Source of the DNA: Anaerolineae bacterium
Lineage (GTDB): Bacteria > Chloroflexota > Anaerolineae > UBA1429
Length of the DNA: 64,000 nt
Direction: 5' to 3'
NCBI GenBank assembly: GCA_963675785.1
Contig: OY776562.1
Coordinates: 480,001-544,000 of the forward strand
A program made the position numbers and the translations under genes. A model generated the notes under the pieces. The model was not told the DNA's origin. It saw only the letters and a list, made by a program, of their open reading frames with translations, and did not search any database. Below are positions 38,617 to 48,045 of the stretch, one piece after another; position 1 is the stretch's first letter; each line of letters begins with the position of its first letter.

Positions 38617-40269
38617 ATGCAGAACAAGAGATCGATGCCAAATACTATCGTCGTTTTGGTCGTTGTTTGGATTGTCTTGGTCGCGAATGCGCTGATTTTT
38701 GCGGTGATTGCACCATCGAACCAGGTGATAGGCCCTGTTGAGCTGTCAGGTTATCCATCTCCAGGGGTGACCGTGGAGATGGTTTTGCCACAGCGCTTGG
38801 AGACCTGGAATACGACGGACGCTGCACAGGTTTTGACGCTTTATGTGACGCCGCATCGCCCTGATGTTGAAGGGGTATCTCTGGTTTTTGCTCTTGGTGA
38901 TCGCTCTGTTGTTTTGACCGATGTCAATGGTCAGATACTATCTGGGCCAATCGAGGTATCCTTCCAATATCCTGCCGAAATGATATTGCCGCTCTATGTT
39001 GCTACAGCCGCGACCGGAGAGGGTTCGGGTCTGCTCTCCTCTCATACGGTTTCTCTCAATCTCTATACCCTGCGCGATGGTGTACAAACCCCTGTTGATG
39101 GGCTGGGCACGCAGATCGCCCTATCTAGCCGTCTTGGCAGCGCACTGCGCCGCGTCAATGATTTCTTGACTCGTATCGCTTTGCCGATCATGGCAATCTT
39201 GACTCCTTTTGTTTTGCTGGGCAACTGGTGGGCTAAACGTCGACAACGGCAGACAGATGCACAAAAAGCACTGGATGCGCGGTATGTGTTCATTCGCGAA
39301 CTTGTAGATGCAGGGCAGATTGTCAGGGCAAGGGAAGCTGCTGCTCTTCTTCGTCGCGAAGCGCCCAACTATGCTCGTATTGACCACCTCGACGAGTTTT
39401 TGTCCACTTTGGGGTCTGCGGAGTTGACCGCTTCAAGTGTTGTGTCATCCAATACTGAATCAACGTTAGATGAGGGCATCAAAGCATACAAGGCGCGGGA
39501 TTGGGAATTGGCTTGCGGATTGTTGCATACTGCACAAGCGACCGATGAATACAATCCGCATCTGCAGTTTCTGTATAGAACTTCATGTCTCTACCTAGCC
39601 CTATCGGGGAGGGATCGCAGTAAGCGTATCGCCGCTTTGCGTGAGTTGGGCGAGATCGGCGATTTGGTCGATCTGGTGCCCATCGTCGATGCACTGGACG
39701 ATGCTAATTCAACCGTTGCCAAGGCTGCTGAAGAAACTTTGCTTGCCATTGGCCCGGTTGCGTTTGATGCTTTGGCACGGGGACTCAAAAACCCCTCGCA
39801 AAGTATCAAACGCCGCTCTCGAAACGTACTTGCCAGTCTGGGCCAGGATATTCGTGAACAGCTTTTGTCTTTGTTGCATACTCGCGATGCCGAACTGGTG
39901 GCTATTGCTTCAGAACTTTTGATTGGTTTGGGTGCGCGCGAACAACTTGCAGATGCATTGCTGTGGGCGGATCCAACAGTTCTTGACGGCATCGTCAGTG
40001 CCTTGGTTTCAGATGAGATTGTCGCGCTTCAACCGCTGCTGGATGTGCTGTTGCGGGCGCCAAGCGAACGTCAGCCATATGTTTTGGCAGCTATCGGCGA
40101 ACTCAAAAAGCACGTCAATATTGACCGACGTATTGAGGATATGCAGCGCAGCGTGCGCGATGGAGAAAAGCGAAATCTTCTTGGGCGCGCTTTGCGGATG
40201 AATGCCCTTGATTATGATCAAGCCTTGGTCAAAAATCAGCAGGTATATCAGGCTGCGCAAGCTGATTGA
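38617..40269 (+). CDS. Membrane protein: extracytoplasmic beta-rich domain plus cytoplasmic TPR/HEAT-like repeats
   Basis: N-terminal hydrophobic helix, beta-rich region, second TM followed by KRRQR, then helical repeats (RIAALRELGEIG, L.D....V..AA...L..IG). Confidence 0.7.
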   Translation: MQNKRSMPNTIVVLVVVWIVLVANALIFAVIAPSNQVIGPVELSGYPSPGVTVEMVLPQRLETWNTTDAAQVLTLYVTPHRPDVEGVSLVFALGDRSVVLTDVNGQILSGPIEVSFQYPAEMILPLYVATAATGEGSGLLSSHTVSLNLYTLRDGVQTPVDGLGTQIALSSRLGSALRRVNDFLTRIALPIMAILTPFVLLGNWWAKRRQRQTDAQKALDARYVFIRELVDAGQIVRAREAAALLRREAPNYARIDHLDEFLSTLGSAELTASSVVSSNTESTLDEGIKAYKARDWELACGLLHTAQATDEYNPHLQFLYRTSCLYLALSGRDRSKRIAALRELGEIGDLVDLVPIVDALDDANSTVAKAAEETLLAIGPVAFDALARGLKNPSQSIKRRSRNVLASLGQDIREQLLSLLHTRDAELVAIASELLIGLGAREQLADALLWADPTVLDGIVSALVSDEIVALQPLLDVLLRAPSERQPYVLAAIGELKKHVNIDRRIEDMQRSVRDGEKRNLLGRALRMNALDYDQALVKNQQVYQAAQAD

Positions 40270-40311
40270 CAAGGTGGTTTTAGTTGCTATAATTGTTACA
40301 GTTTAGTAACA
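40266..40311 (+). promoter_or_regulatory. Consensus promoter with adjacent palindromic operator
   Basis: TTGACA-16 nt-TATAAT (40288-93) followed immediately by TGTTAC-N6-GTAACA. Confidence 0.7.
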
Positions 40312-40326
40312 TAAACGAGGTGAACG

Positions 40327-41016
40327 GTGGCCAGATTTCTTGTTGCAGATGATGAAGAATTCATCGTGCAGGTAGTTGAACAATTGTTGGCAACTTCTGG
40401 ACATACCGTTGTCAAGGCATCGAATGGTGCCGATGCTCTGGCTTTGTTGCGCTCTGATCCGGTCGACATAGCTATTTTGGATGTGATGATGCCCAAAATG
40501 ACCGGTTTGGAAGTTTGTTCGCGCATGCGTCAGTCGCCGGAACTCAAGAATATCCCTGTTCTCTTTTTGACCGGACGTGAAGAGTTGAGCGACAAGGTGC
40601 AGGGATTTGAGGTTGGGGCAGATGACTATGTGACCAAACCATTCAATCTTCGTGAACTGGATGCACGTGTCAAGGCCCTGCTTCGCTTTGTGCGCCCCGT
40701 CTCGGATCCCAATGTCCTTTCTGTGGGTACTTTGGAAATGAATCGCGGCAGTAATTTGGTGTACGTCAACGGCGAATCGGTGAAACTAACACCTTCAGAA
40801 TTTGATGTTCTTTTTTTCCTTGCCTCCCATGCGGGGGAAATCATTTCCTCTCGGGATTTGCTCAAAGAATTGTGGGGATCTGCCGCAGCGACTGGCAGCA
40901 CTAGTTTGGTGCGCATGCACGTGCTCAATATCCGCCGCAAAATCGAGCAAGATCCTGACAATCCACGCTATATTCTGACGATTCCGCGCCATGGCTATGT
41001 TTTCAAGGTCGAATAA
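40327..41016 (+). CDS. OmpR/PhoB family response regulator
   Basis: REC (ADDE, LDVMMP, LTG, GADDYVTKPF) plus winged helix (LTPSEF.L, V.MH..NIR.KIE, GY). Confidence 0.93.
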   Translation: MARFLVADDEEFIVQVVEQLLATSGHTVVKASNGADALALLRSDPVDIAILDVMMPKMTGLEVCSRMRQSPELKNIPVLFLTGREELSDKVQGFEVGADDYVTKPFNLRELDARVKALLRFVRPVSDPNVLSVGTLEMNRGSNLVYVNGESVKLTPSEFDVLFFLASHAGEIISSRDLLKELWGSAAATGSTSLVRMHVLNIRRKIEQDPDNPRYILTIPRHGYVFKVE

Positions 41017-41197
41017 AGCAGTTTTATCTTTACACTTTATGCGACATTCACGCTTAACCCCATTCATTATCCTATACTAAGGTTACTAAATACTAGCATT
41101 TGGGCATTGTTGCAAAGGCAATGCCTTGATGTGTTATCCGTATGATTATCTTTTATAGGCGTATCAGCACAGCTTTTGTAAGCTGCTTGAACCCAGT

Positions 41198-42850
41198 ATG
41201 GGGATTAGAATTGTGCAGACAGAGTCGATGAATCGGGAACTAGACAAGCGCGTTGTCGTCGTTGACGATGAAGAAGACGTGAGGCTTTTCTGTTCGTTGG
41301 TGATGGAGAGGCTTGGCTATGATGTCAATTCCTTTGCTTCTGGCGAACAAGCTCTTGCCTTTCTTGCGAGCGCTTCGACGGATTTGTTGATTACGGACGC
41401 TAAAATGCCCGGCATGAGCGGGATTGAGTTGATTGAGCGGGTCAAGGCCCTCGATCCGGCGATTGCGGCTTTAGTCATTACTGGCTATAGCACTATGGAG
41501 ATGGCGTTTGAGGCGATTCGCGCAGGAGCACAGGATTTTCTGCCGAAACCCTTTTCGGTTCAGGACCTGAATGCTGCTGCAAAACATGCTCTGGAGCAGG
41601 CGCGTCAGGCCCAAGAGTACGCTAGCATGCGTGCCATCATGCCGTTGATCGAGCTGTCGCAAGAACTTGTAGGGCAGCAGATGAATCTCGATGAAATGGC
41701 CCTTCAGATTACAGAAGTTGTCTGCCGCGTATGTAAGGCAGATGGCGCAGCAATTGTCCTGATCAACAGTCGAGGAGAGCAGAGAGTTCTGGGTCAGCGC
41801 GGCCCGTTTCCAGCTGTTTTTTCGTCCCGATGTCTGACGGGACAAAACAGTCTTGAGATATTCTCCTTGGATATGGTTGAAGAGGGCGATTTTCGTTTGG
41901 CCATGCAGCAAGCTGGCGTTGGCTATATGGCCAGCGCAGCTCTCGAGGCTCCCAGCGGCTATGTCGGTACAATTGCCCTGACTTCATTAGCGGACTTTTC
42001 TCAGTTTACGCGCGGTTCGCGGCATTTTCTGCAAGCCATGTCAGGTCAGGTCGCTGCAATTATCGAAAACGTTCGCATGATGGAAGAGCTGCAAGAATGG
42101 AACCGAGTGCTCGAAGTGCGGGTGGCTGAGCGAACAACCGAATTGCAGAATGCACAAGAGCAGCTTATTAACGCGCAGCGCCTGGCAACAATTGGCGAAC
42201 TTGGCGCAAGTATTGCCCACGAGATGCGCAATCCGCTGGGAGTCATCAGCAATTCCGAGTATTACTTGCGGATGCGCCTTGGAGACGATGATCCCAAGCT
42301 CACCAAACATCTTGATATCATCAAGCGTGAAATCGCAGCTTCCAATGCCATCATTACCGAACTGATGAGTTTTGTAAGAGCTACAAACCTACAACCTGCG
42401 CCACTCGACCCGGCAGAACTCTGCGAAAGATGCCTGAGTCGAATCGAAGCGCCTTCTTCTATTACCGTCGTTCGTGATTGGCCCGTCGATTTGCCACTCA
42501 TTGACGGTGATCAGGATAGGCTAGAGATGGTGTTGATGAATCTCTTGAATAACGCAGTGCAGGCGATGCCCGACGGCGGCGTGTTGACGCTCAAGGCAGA
42601 AGAATCTTCAGACGGGGTCGCTTTCTATGTTCAGGATACGGGGACAGGTATCTCGAAAGAAAACATGGAGCGCATATTCGAGCCGCTTTTCACAACAAAG
42701 ACGCGCGGCATTGGCTTGGGTTTGGCTATTGTACGTCGCCTCATTGACGCCCACGGCGGAACTATTCGCGTTGAGAGTGAGCTAGGCAAGGGAACGCGCT
42801 TTGAGGTGTTGATTCCTGTTTCCGAACGGGTAAGGGTGCCCGTGGCATGA
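41198..42850 (+). CDS. Cytoplasmic hybrid histidine kinase (REC-GAF-HisKA-HATPase)
   Basis: VDDE/TDAKMP/PKPF, GAF-like region, AHEMRNPL, NLLNNAVQA, DTGTGI, FEPLFTTK, GIGLGL. No TM helix. Confidence 0.92.
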   Translation: MGIRIVQTESMNRELDKRVVVVDDEEDVRLFCSLVMERLGYDVNSFASGEQALAFLASASTDLLITDAKMPGMSGIELIERVKALDPAIAALVITGYSTMEMAFEAIRAGAQDFLPKPFSVQDLNAAAKHALEQARQAQEYASMRAIMPLIELSQELVGQQMNLDEMALQITEVVCRVCKADGAAIVLINSRGEQRVLGQRGPFPAVFSSRCLTGQNSLEIFSLDMVEEGDFRLAMQQAGVGYMASAALEAPSGYVGTIALTSLADFSQFTRGSRHFLQAMSGQVAAIIENVRMMEELQEWNRVLEVRVAERTTELQNAQEQLINAQRLATIGELGASIAHEMRNPLGVISNSEYYLRMRLGDDDPKLTKHLDIIKREIAASNAIITELMSFVRATNLQPAPLDPAELCERCLSRIEAPSSITVVRDWPVDLPLIDGDQDRLEMVLMNLLNNAVQAMPDGGVLTLKAEESSDGVAFYVQDTGTGISKENMERIFEPLFTTKTRGIGLGLAIVRRLIDAHGGTIRVESELGKGTRFEVLIPVSERVRVPVA

Positions 42851-43227
42851 ATTCAGATCTGCACCTTCTCATTGTCGATGACGAGCCGAACATGCTGGCA
42901 ACTCTGCAAGATATTTTAGAAGAGTTTGGTTGGCATGTGGACTGTGCTACCTCGGGCAATGAGGCACTCGATTTACTGGCAAACCTTGATGTGGACTTTG
43001 TTCTGATGGATTTCAACATGCCCGGCCTTTCTGGCGTTGAAACAGCCGAAAAGATGATACTTGAGCGGCCTCACCTACCAGTTTTTCTTATGTCTGCTGA
43101 TGTGAGCGAATTGTGGAAAGCCAAGGCTGTGCAATGCGGCGTTCGGGCAGTGCTTTCCAAGCCGTTGGATATCCCCAGTGCAATGGCATTGCTGACTGAA
43201 CATCACAAGCAAGGGATTAGCATATGA
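42847..43227 (+). CDS. Single-domain response regulator
   Basis: VDDE, MDFNMP, MSA, SKP. ATGA overlap with the kinase gene. Confidence 0.9.
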   Translation: MNSDLHLLIVDDEPNMLATLQDILEEFGWHVDCATSGNEALDLLANLDVDFVLMDFNMPGLSGVETAEKMILERPHLPVFLMSADVSELWKAKAVQCGVRAVLSKPLDIPSAMALLTEHHKQGISI

Positions 43228-43871
43228 GCAAGTATGCAGCCGAGTATGCCAATTCAGATACAGAAACGGGACAGGCTGTCAGAGCTATCGGACATGACCT
43301 CCGAAATCAGCTTGCCGTTATGCGCAACTCTACCTATTACTTGCGTATGCGTGTGGGGAATGATGACCCCAAAATAGCCCGACACCTTGAAATTCTCGAT
43401 CAATCCATCGAACAGGCCAATCACAAGGTTCTGGACCTTATGGATTACGTTCTGCCGCGCACACCTGCTGTTGAACCCTGCTCTTTACTGGTATTGGCAT
43501 CGACTTTTTTGAATTATTGGCATACAGATGCAGAGATTGAGCAGGCATCCTTCGATGTAGGCTTGACGGTGTCTATCGACAAGACGCAGATAGATCGGGC
43601 TTTGCAGCTTTTGGCCGAGGCGCTGCATGAAAGGCAAGCTGCTTGTCTATCCTGCAAAATTGTCGCTGGTGGTGGCTATGGCATTGTTACCTGTGAACTG
43701 GATCAAGCTTTGAATCCACCTCTGTGTGTCAAGCGCCCGCCCCGAGTTATTCCAGCTTGTCTTTCTGAATACATGGCTGCGGGTCTCTTTGAACTAAATC
43801 ACAGTACCCTTGCCGCCTCTTTGGAGGCACAGGATAGGCACTTGCTGAATCTGGGATTTCCACTGGGGTAA
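43224..43871 (+). CDS. HisKA/DHp protein with degenerate ATPase domain (phosphotransferase-like)
   Basis: GHDLRNQL H-box and YYLRMR.G.DDPK...HL.I shared with the upstream kinase. No N, G1, F or G2 boxes. Confidence 0.75.
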   Translation: MSKYAAEYANSDTETGQAVRAIGHDLRNQLAVMRNSTYYLRMRVGNDDPKIARHLEILDQSIEQANHKVLDLMDYVLPRTPAVEPCSLLVLASTFLNYWHTDAEIEQASFDVGLTVSIDKTQIDRALQLLAEALHERQAACLSCKIVAGGGYGIVTCELDQALNPPLCVKRPPRVIPACLSEYMAAGLFELNHSTLAASLEAQDRHLLNLGFPLG

Positions 43872-43968
43872 AAGTCGGCTTTTTATGCAGTATTAACCTT
43901 TGGGCCACCCGCTCTCACGCATAATGAGATAAGTGGCCCTTTCTTGTATCTCTAAAACTCGGTGTGTT

Positions 43969-45876
43969 ATGTCTGAATCAGCTCAAGCGGTCAAAGAAAA
44001 ACAGCGTTCTATACTTGTCGTCGATGATGACCAGGCTATGTGTGAAACACTCGTCGATATTCTCGATGACAAGGGCTACAAGACTGCAAGTAGCAGTTCC
44101 GCCGTTGCGGCTATTGAGCTTTTGAAGAAAGAGCCCGTTGATCTTGTTCTGTTGGACATTATGATGCCCGAGATGAACGGCGTGGAAGCCCTTGATGCAG
44201 TCAAGCGTGCGGTGCCTCATGCAATCATCATTGTCATGACAGGTCATAGCAATCTTGAAGGTTATGTCTCAGAGGCTTTGGCCTCGGGGGTCGATGGTGT
44301 GCTTTACAAGCCTTTCGACATTGATGTAGTGCTCGATATCATTGAGCGTAGCGAGGCAGGACGAGAGAGATTCCCTCTTGTTGATCTAAGTCAGTACCCT
44401 GTGCAGGCCAATGCAATTCAGATGGTACCGCAAGAGCTGGCTCGCAAGCATTGTGTACTTCCGTTGAGGATAGAGAACAATATTCTCAATGTGGCGATGT
44501 GCGATCCGACCGATCTTATGGCGATTGAGGACTTGCGCGTACGCACCGGCCTTCGCATTAAAACGGTTCGTGCCCGGCGAGAGGACTTGGACAAGGCGAT
44601 CTCGGAGCAGTACGAGGATCTAGGTGCCATAGAACGGCAGGTCCAAAGATTTACTTTTAACACGCCTGAGGCGGCTGAGCAGCAGGCTGATCGCGTGGCG
44701 GCAGAAGCTGTTTCGCAGACGCCCGTAGTACGCGCGATAGACCTTATGCTTCAACAGGCTGTGCGAGATAGAGCTTCGGATATTCATATCGAACCCCAGG
44801 ATGACCATCTTCGCGTACGCTATCGTATCGACGGTGTGCTGCAAGATGCGATTCGTCTGCCAAAGAGGGTTCATCCGGCCATTATCTCTCGCATCAAAGT
44901 GCTCTCGGCACTCAATATTGCCGAGCGAAGAAGGCCGCAGGACGGACAATTTAACGCCATCATTGATGGTCGCTCGATTGATTTTCGTGTTGCTACGGCT
45001 AATACAGTCAATGGCGAGATGGCCGTGCTGCGCGTGTTGGATAAGCAGATCTCGGTCAAGAGCTTGCCCGATCTGGGATTTCTGCCCGATATGCTGGAGC
45101 GTTACAAAAAGGTAACGACAGCGCCTTGGGGGATCATTCTCATCGCCGGCCCAACGGGTTCTGGTAAAACGAGCACACTTTATGCAACGCTGCATCAGCT
45201 CGACAGTACAGAACTCAAGATTATTACGATTGAAGATCCCGTCGAGTACCGCTTCGAAGGTATTAGCCAGATGCAGGTGAACCATCGAGCGAATGTAACG
45301 TTTGCCTCTGGTATGCGTGCCGCCGTCCGTTTGGATCCCGACGTCATTCTGGTGGGAGAAATTAGAGACGAAGAGACGGCGACAACGGCTGTACAGGCTT
45401 CTCTCACGGGCCACTTGGTCTTCTCTACTATCCATGCCAATGATCCAGTAGGTGCGGTTTTACGACTGGCGGACTTGGGCGTAGAGCCTTTCCTGATCAC
45501 TTCATCGCTGCTGGGCGTGCTCAGTCAGCGTTTGGTGCGCAAAGTTTGTCCGCAGTGCAAGGTTCTTCAAGAAGTTCCGTTCAATGAACGGGCTGCTTAT
45601 CAAGAGATCTTGGGCGAGGATATGGAGCGTTTCTGGGTGGGTACGGGATGCAGTTATTGCGCTCAAACGGGTTATCGGGGTCGAGTGGCATTGTTTGATT
45701 TTATGGAGCTTGATGACAATTTGCGAAAGCTCATTCTACAAGGCGCAAGTTCAGCGGAATTACGTGAGCACGCCCACAAAGCGGGCAGTGGAGGAATGAT
45801 GGAGGACGGGATGCTCAAAGTAAAGCAGGGCATCACAACGCCGGGCGAAGTACTCAAGCGCGTCTTTGAGATGTGA
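43969..45876 (+). CDS. PilB/GspE type IV filament assembly ATPase with N-terminal receiver domain
   Basis: REC (VDDD, LDIMMP, MTG, YKPF), N1-like domain, ASDIHIEP, GPTGSGKT, TIEDPVE, DPDVILVGEIRD, GHLVFSTIH, CPQC..CSYC. Start could be GTG 43933. Confidence 0.93.
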   Translation: MSESAQAVKEKQRSILVVDDDQAMCETLVDILDDKGYKTASSSSAVAAIELLKKEPVDLVLLDIMMPEMNGVEALDAVKRAVPHAIIIVMTGHSNLEGYVSEALASGVDGVLYKPFDIDVVLDIIERSEAGRERFPLVDLSQYPVQANAIQMVPQELARKHCVLPLRIENNILNVAMCDPTDLMAIEDLRVRTGLRIKTVRARREDLDKAISEQYEDLGAIERQVQRFTFNTPEAAEQQADRVAAEAVSQTPVVRAIDLMLQQAVRDRASDIHIEPQDDHLRVRYRIDGVLQDAIRLPKRVHPAIISRIKVLSALNIAERRRPQDGQFNAIIDGRSIDFRVATANTVNGEMAVLRVLDKQISVKSLPDLGFLPDMLERYKKVTTAPWGIILIAGPTGSGKTSTLYATLHQLDSTELKIITIEDPVEYRFEGISQMQVNHRANVTFASGMRAAVRLDPDVILVGEIRDEETATTAVQASLTGHLVFSTIHANDPVGAVLRLADLGVEPFLITSSLLGVLSQRLVRKVCPQCKVLQEVPFNERAAYQEILGEDMERFWVGTGCSYCAQTGYRGRVALFDFMELDDNLRKLILQGASSAELREHAHKAGSGGMMEDGMLKVKQGITTPGEVLKRVFEM

Positions 45877-45877
45877 T

Positions 45878-47080
45878 ATGGAATTCGAATATGTAGCCTA
45901 TACAGGTTCTGGTGAACGCGTCAAAGGTTCTCTTGATGCTGCAGCAGAAACCGGCGCAGAAGAGATCCTCTGGAGTCTTGGTTATACCATTGTAACACTC
46001 CGAGAAAAACGCGGTTCAAGCCAGACTATTTTTGGCATTGGCATGCGCATCAAAGCGGACGATCTGGTCGTCTTCTCTCGGCAGTTGGCCACACTGATCG
46101 AATCCGGTATCTCTTTGACGCGTTCTCTAGAACTATTGGAGACGCAGATCGGTAACAAGCGCTTTCGTGGGATATTGATCGAGATTATTGCTGATCTTCA
46201 GCAGGGCCATTATTTCTCTGAGGCGATTGCCAAGCAGGGACAGGCTTTTCCCATGATGTATGCGCGGCTGGTCGAGGTTGGTGAGCGGACAGGAGGCCTA
46301 GAACAGTCCCTTTTGCAGTTGGCTGATTATATCGAAAAAGAGACTGCTCTGGTTCGCAAGATTCGTAGTGCCATGGCCTATCCGGCATTTGTTCTATTCA
46401 TGGCCGTCGCTGTTATCGTGCTTATGCTCACGGTCGCTTTGCCACCACTCATGGGATTATTCGAATCCTTTGGCGCAGAGTTGCCGATTTACACGCGCAT
46501 ACTCATGGCGCTCACCAACTTTGTTACGGATTATCGGCTGGAGATCATCGCTGTTGTTGTGGCTGTTGCTGCAACCTGTTTCTTTTATTTCCGTTCCGCG
46601 ACTGGTAAATATACCTGGGCCAGGATGATGGTGAAAATACCTATCATCAAAAGGGTAACCATCAACGGGGCTGTGGCCCGCATCTGCAATACGATGGCCA
46701 TTTTGCTCAAGTCAGGCTTGGCACTTCCCGAGATCATTGATCTCTGCATTCGTACCCAGGGCAACCTGATCATCAAGGGGGCGCTGGAATCAGTAAAAGA
46801 AGAATTGCTTCAGGGGAAAGGGCTTGCAGATCCTCTGGCAGAGCAAGAATTATTCCCCCAAATGCTCGTGCAGATGGTGCGAGTAGGCGAAGAGACGGGT
46901 GCACTCGATTCAAATATGGCTACACTGGCTGTGTTTTATGATCAAGACGTCGATCGTACTGTGAATGCCATGTCCGGTATGATTGAGCCAGCACTGACGA
47001 TTCTTGTGGGTGGTATGACAGGATTCATCGCTCTGTCTGTCATGGGCCCCATCTATTCGCTGATGAGCGTCATAAAGTAG
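45878..47080 (+). CDS. PilC/GspF platform protein
   Basis: FSRQLATLI.SG, GE.TG.L, AMAYP, GEETG.LD, IEP motifs and three TM segments. Confidence 0.93.
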   Translation: MEFEYVAYTGSGERVKGSLDAAAETGAEEILWSLGYTIVTLREKRGSSQTIFGIGMRIKADDLVVFSRQLATLIESGISLTRSLELLETQIGNKRFRGILIEIIADLQQGHYFSEAIAKQGQAFPMMYARLVEVGERTGGLEQSLLQLADYIEKETALVRKIRSAMAYPAFVLFMAVAVIVLMLTVALPPLMGLFESFGAELPIYTRILMALTNFVTDYRLEIIAVVVAVAATCFFYFRSATGKYTWARMMVKIPIIKRVTINGAVARICNTMAILLKSGLALPEIIDLCIRTQGNLIIKGALESVKEELLQGKGLADPLAEQELFPQMLVQMVRVGEETGALDSNMATLAVFYDQDVDRTVNAMSGMIEPALTILVGGMTGFIALSVMGPIYSLMSVIK

Positions 47081-47085
47081 GGTGG

Positions 47086-47487
47086 ATGGCTGTGACCAAG
47101 TCGGAACGCGGTAGCTTGTTGATTAGTGAGCTCATAGCGGTGGCAATCATTGCCCTGGCTCTCATTGTGCTCATCATTGCACTTGCTACGGGCAGCCAGG
47201 GGGCTCTTTCTGTTCGTCAACGGGCAGCAGCCGAATCCATGGCTATGGAGCAGATCGAGCTAATCAAATCTGTGCCATATAGCACAGATCCATCAGATTA
47301 TCCTCTTGTGGCTAATGAGGATCCTTATTCGGTAGATTTGACGGTCATGTTCTGGAATGGCTCAGATTTTCAAGCTACCACACCAACCGAGGATTTGGGG
47401 CTCCAAAAGGTCACTGTTGAAGTCTACTCGTCCCTTTTTGCCGGCAGCCCGGTTTTGATACTTGAGGATTATAAGGCGGATCACTGA
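47086..47487 (+). CDS. Minor pilin (PilV/GspI-like)
   Basis: KSERG followed by SLLISELIAVAII hydrophobic helix, EQIELIK..PY, LQKVTVEV. Confidence 0.75.
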   Translation: MAVTKSERGSLLISELIAVAIIALALIVLIIALATGSQGALSVRQRAAAESMAMEQIELIKSVPYSTDPSDYPLVANEDPYSVDLTVMFWNGSDFQATTPTEDLGLQKVTVEVYSSLFAGSPVLILEDYKADH

Positions 47488-47984
47488 TGGCTGGTCATGG
47501 AAGAGAAACAGAGAGCAAGGGCTTTACGCTCATCGAGCTCTTGATTGCACTAGCGATTTCGGCAATTGTCGGTACATTGGCGATTTCGGCGATCAGGCAA
47601 TTTGTGAGTATATCGGCAGCTGAGCAGGACACCATGGCAGTAAGCACCCAAATCAAAGTCTTGTCTTCAAAGCTGAGCCAGGATTTAGTATGTGCCAACT
47701 CGGGTGAAGTATTGGATGATGGACAAACCCTGGTACTCTATTTGTCTACATTCGAGTTTGGTGAGCTTATCGAGCCCGTCTCTTATAGCATCAACTACAG
47801 CCTTGTCGATAGCGTGATTATACGAACAACCAGTGATGGTTCTGTTACTGTGGCCAGGGGTGTACAGAGTGTCAGTTTTGGGCAGGATGGCGCCATTGGC
47901 GATGTTAGTACGATTGACGTGACGATTCGCATTGGTGATGTGGTAGACTCGACGACGATAACGCTTGATCGAAGACCCTCATAG
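47487..47984 (+). CDS. Minor pilin (PilW/GspJ-like) with canonical class III signal
   Basis: KG-FTLIELLIALAI prepilin motif, L.QD, beta-rich head. Confidence 0.88.
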   Translation: MAGHGRETESKGFTLIELLIALAISAIVGTLAISAIRQFVSISAAEQDTMAVSTQIKVLSSKLSQDLVCANSGEVLDDGQTLVLYLSTFEFGELIEPVSYSINYSLVDSVIIRTTSDGSVTVARGVQSVSFGQDGAIGDVSTIDVTIRIGDVVDSTTITLDRRPS

Positions 47985-48045
47985 CTAGCAGTACGACTAG
48001 CAGCTATGCCTCCAAAGGGGGTATGACAGGATGGGTAGGAAGAAA

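Noticed and set aside
41028-41042. CTTTACACTTTATGC, identical to the lac promoter -35 region (possible vector contamination)
   Set aside because: The match stops after 15 nt; no lac -10, operator or other vector sequence follows.
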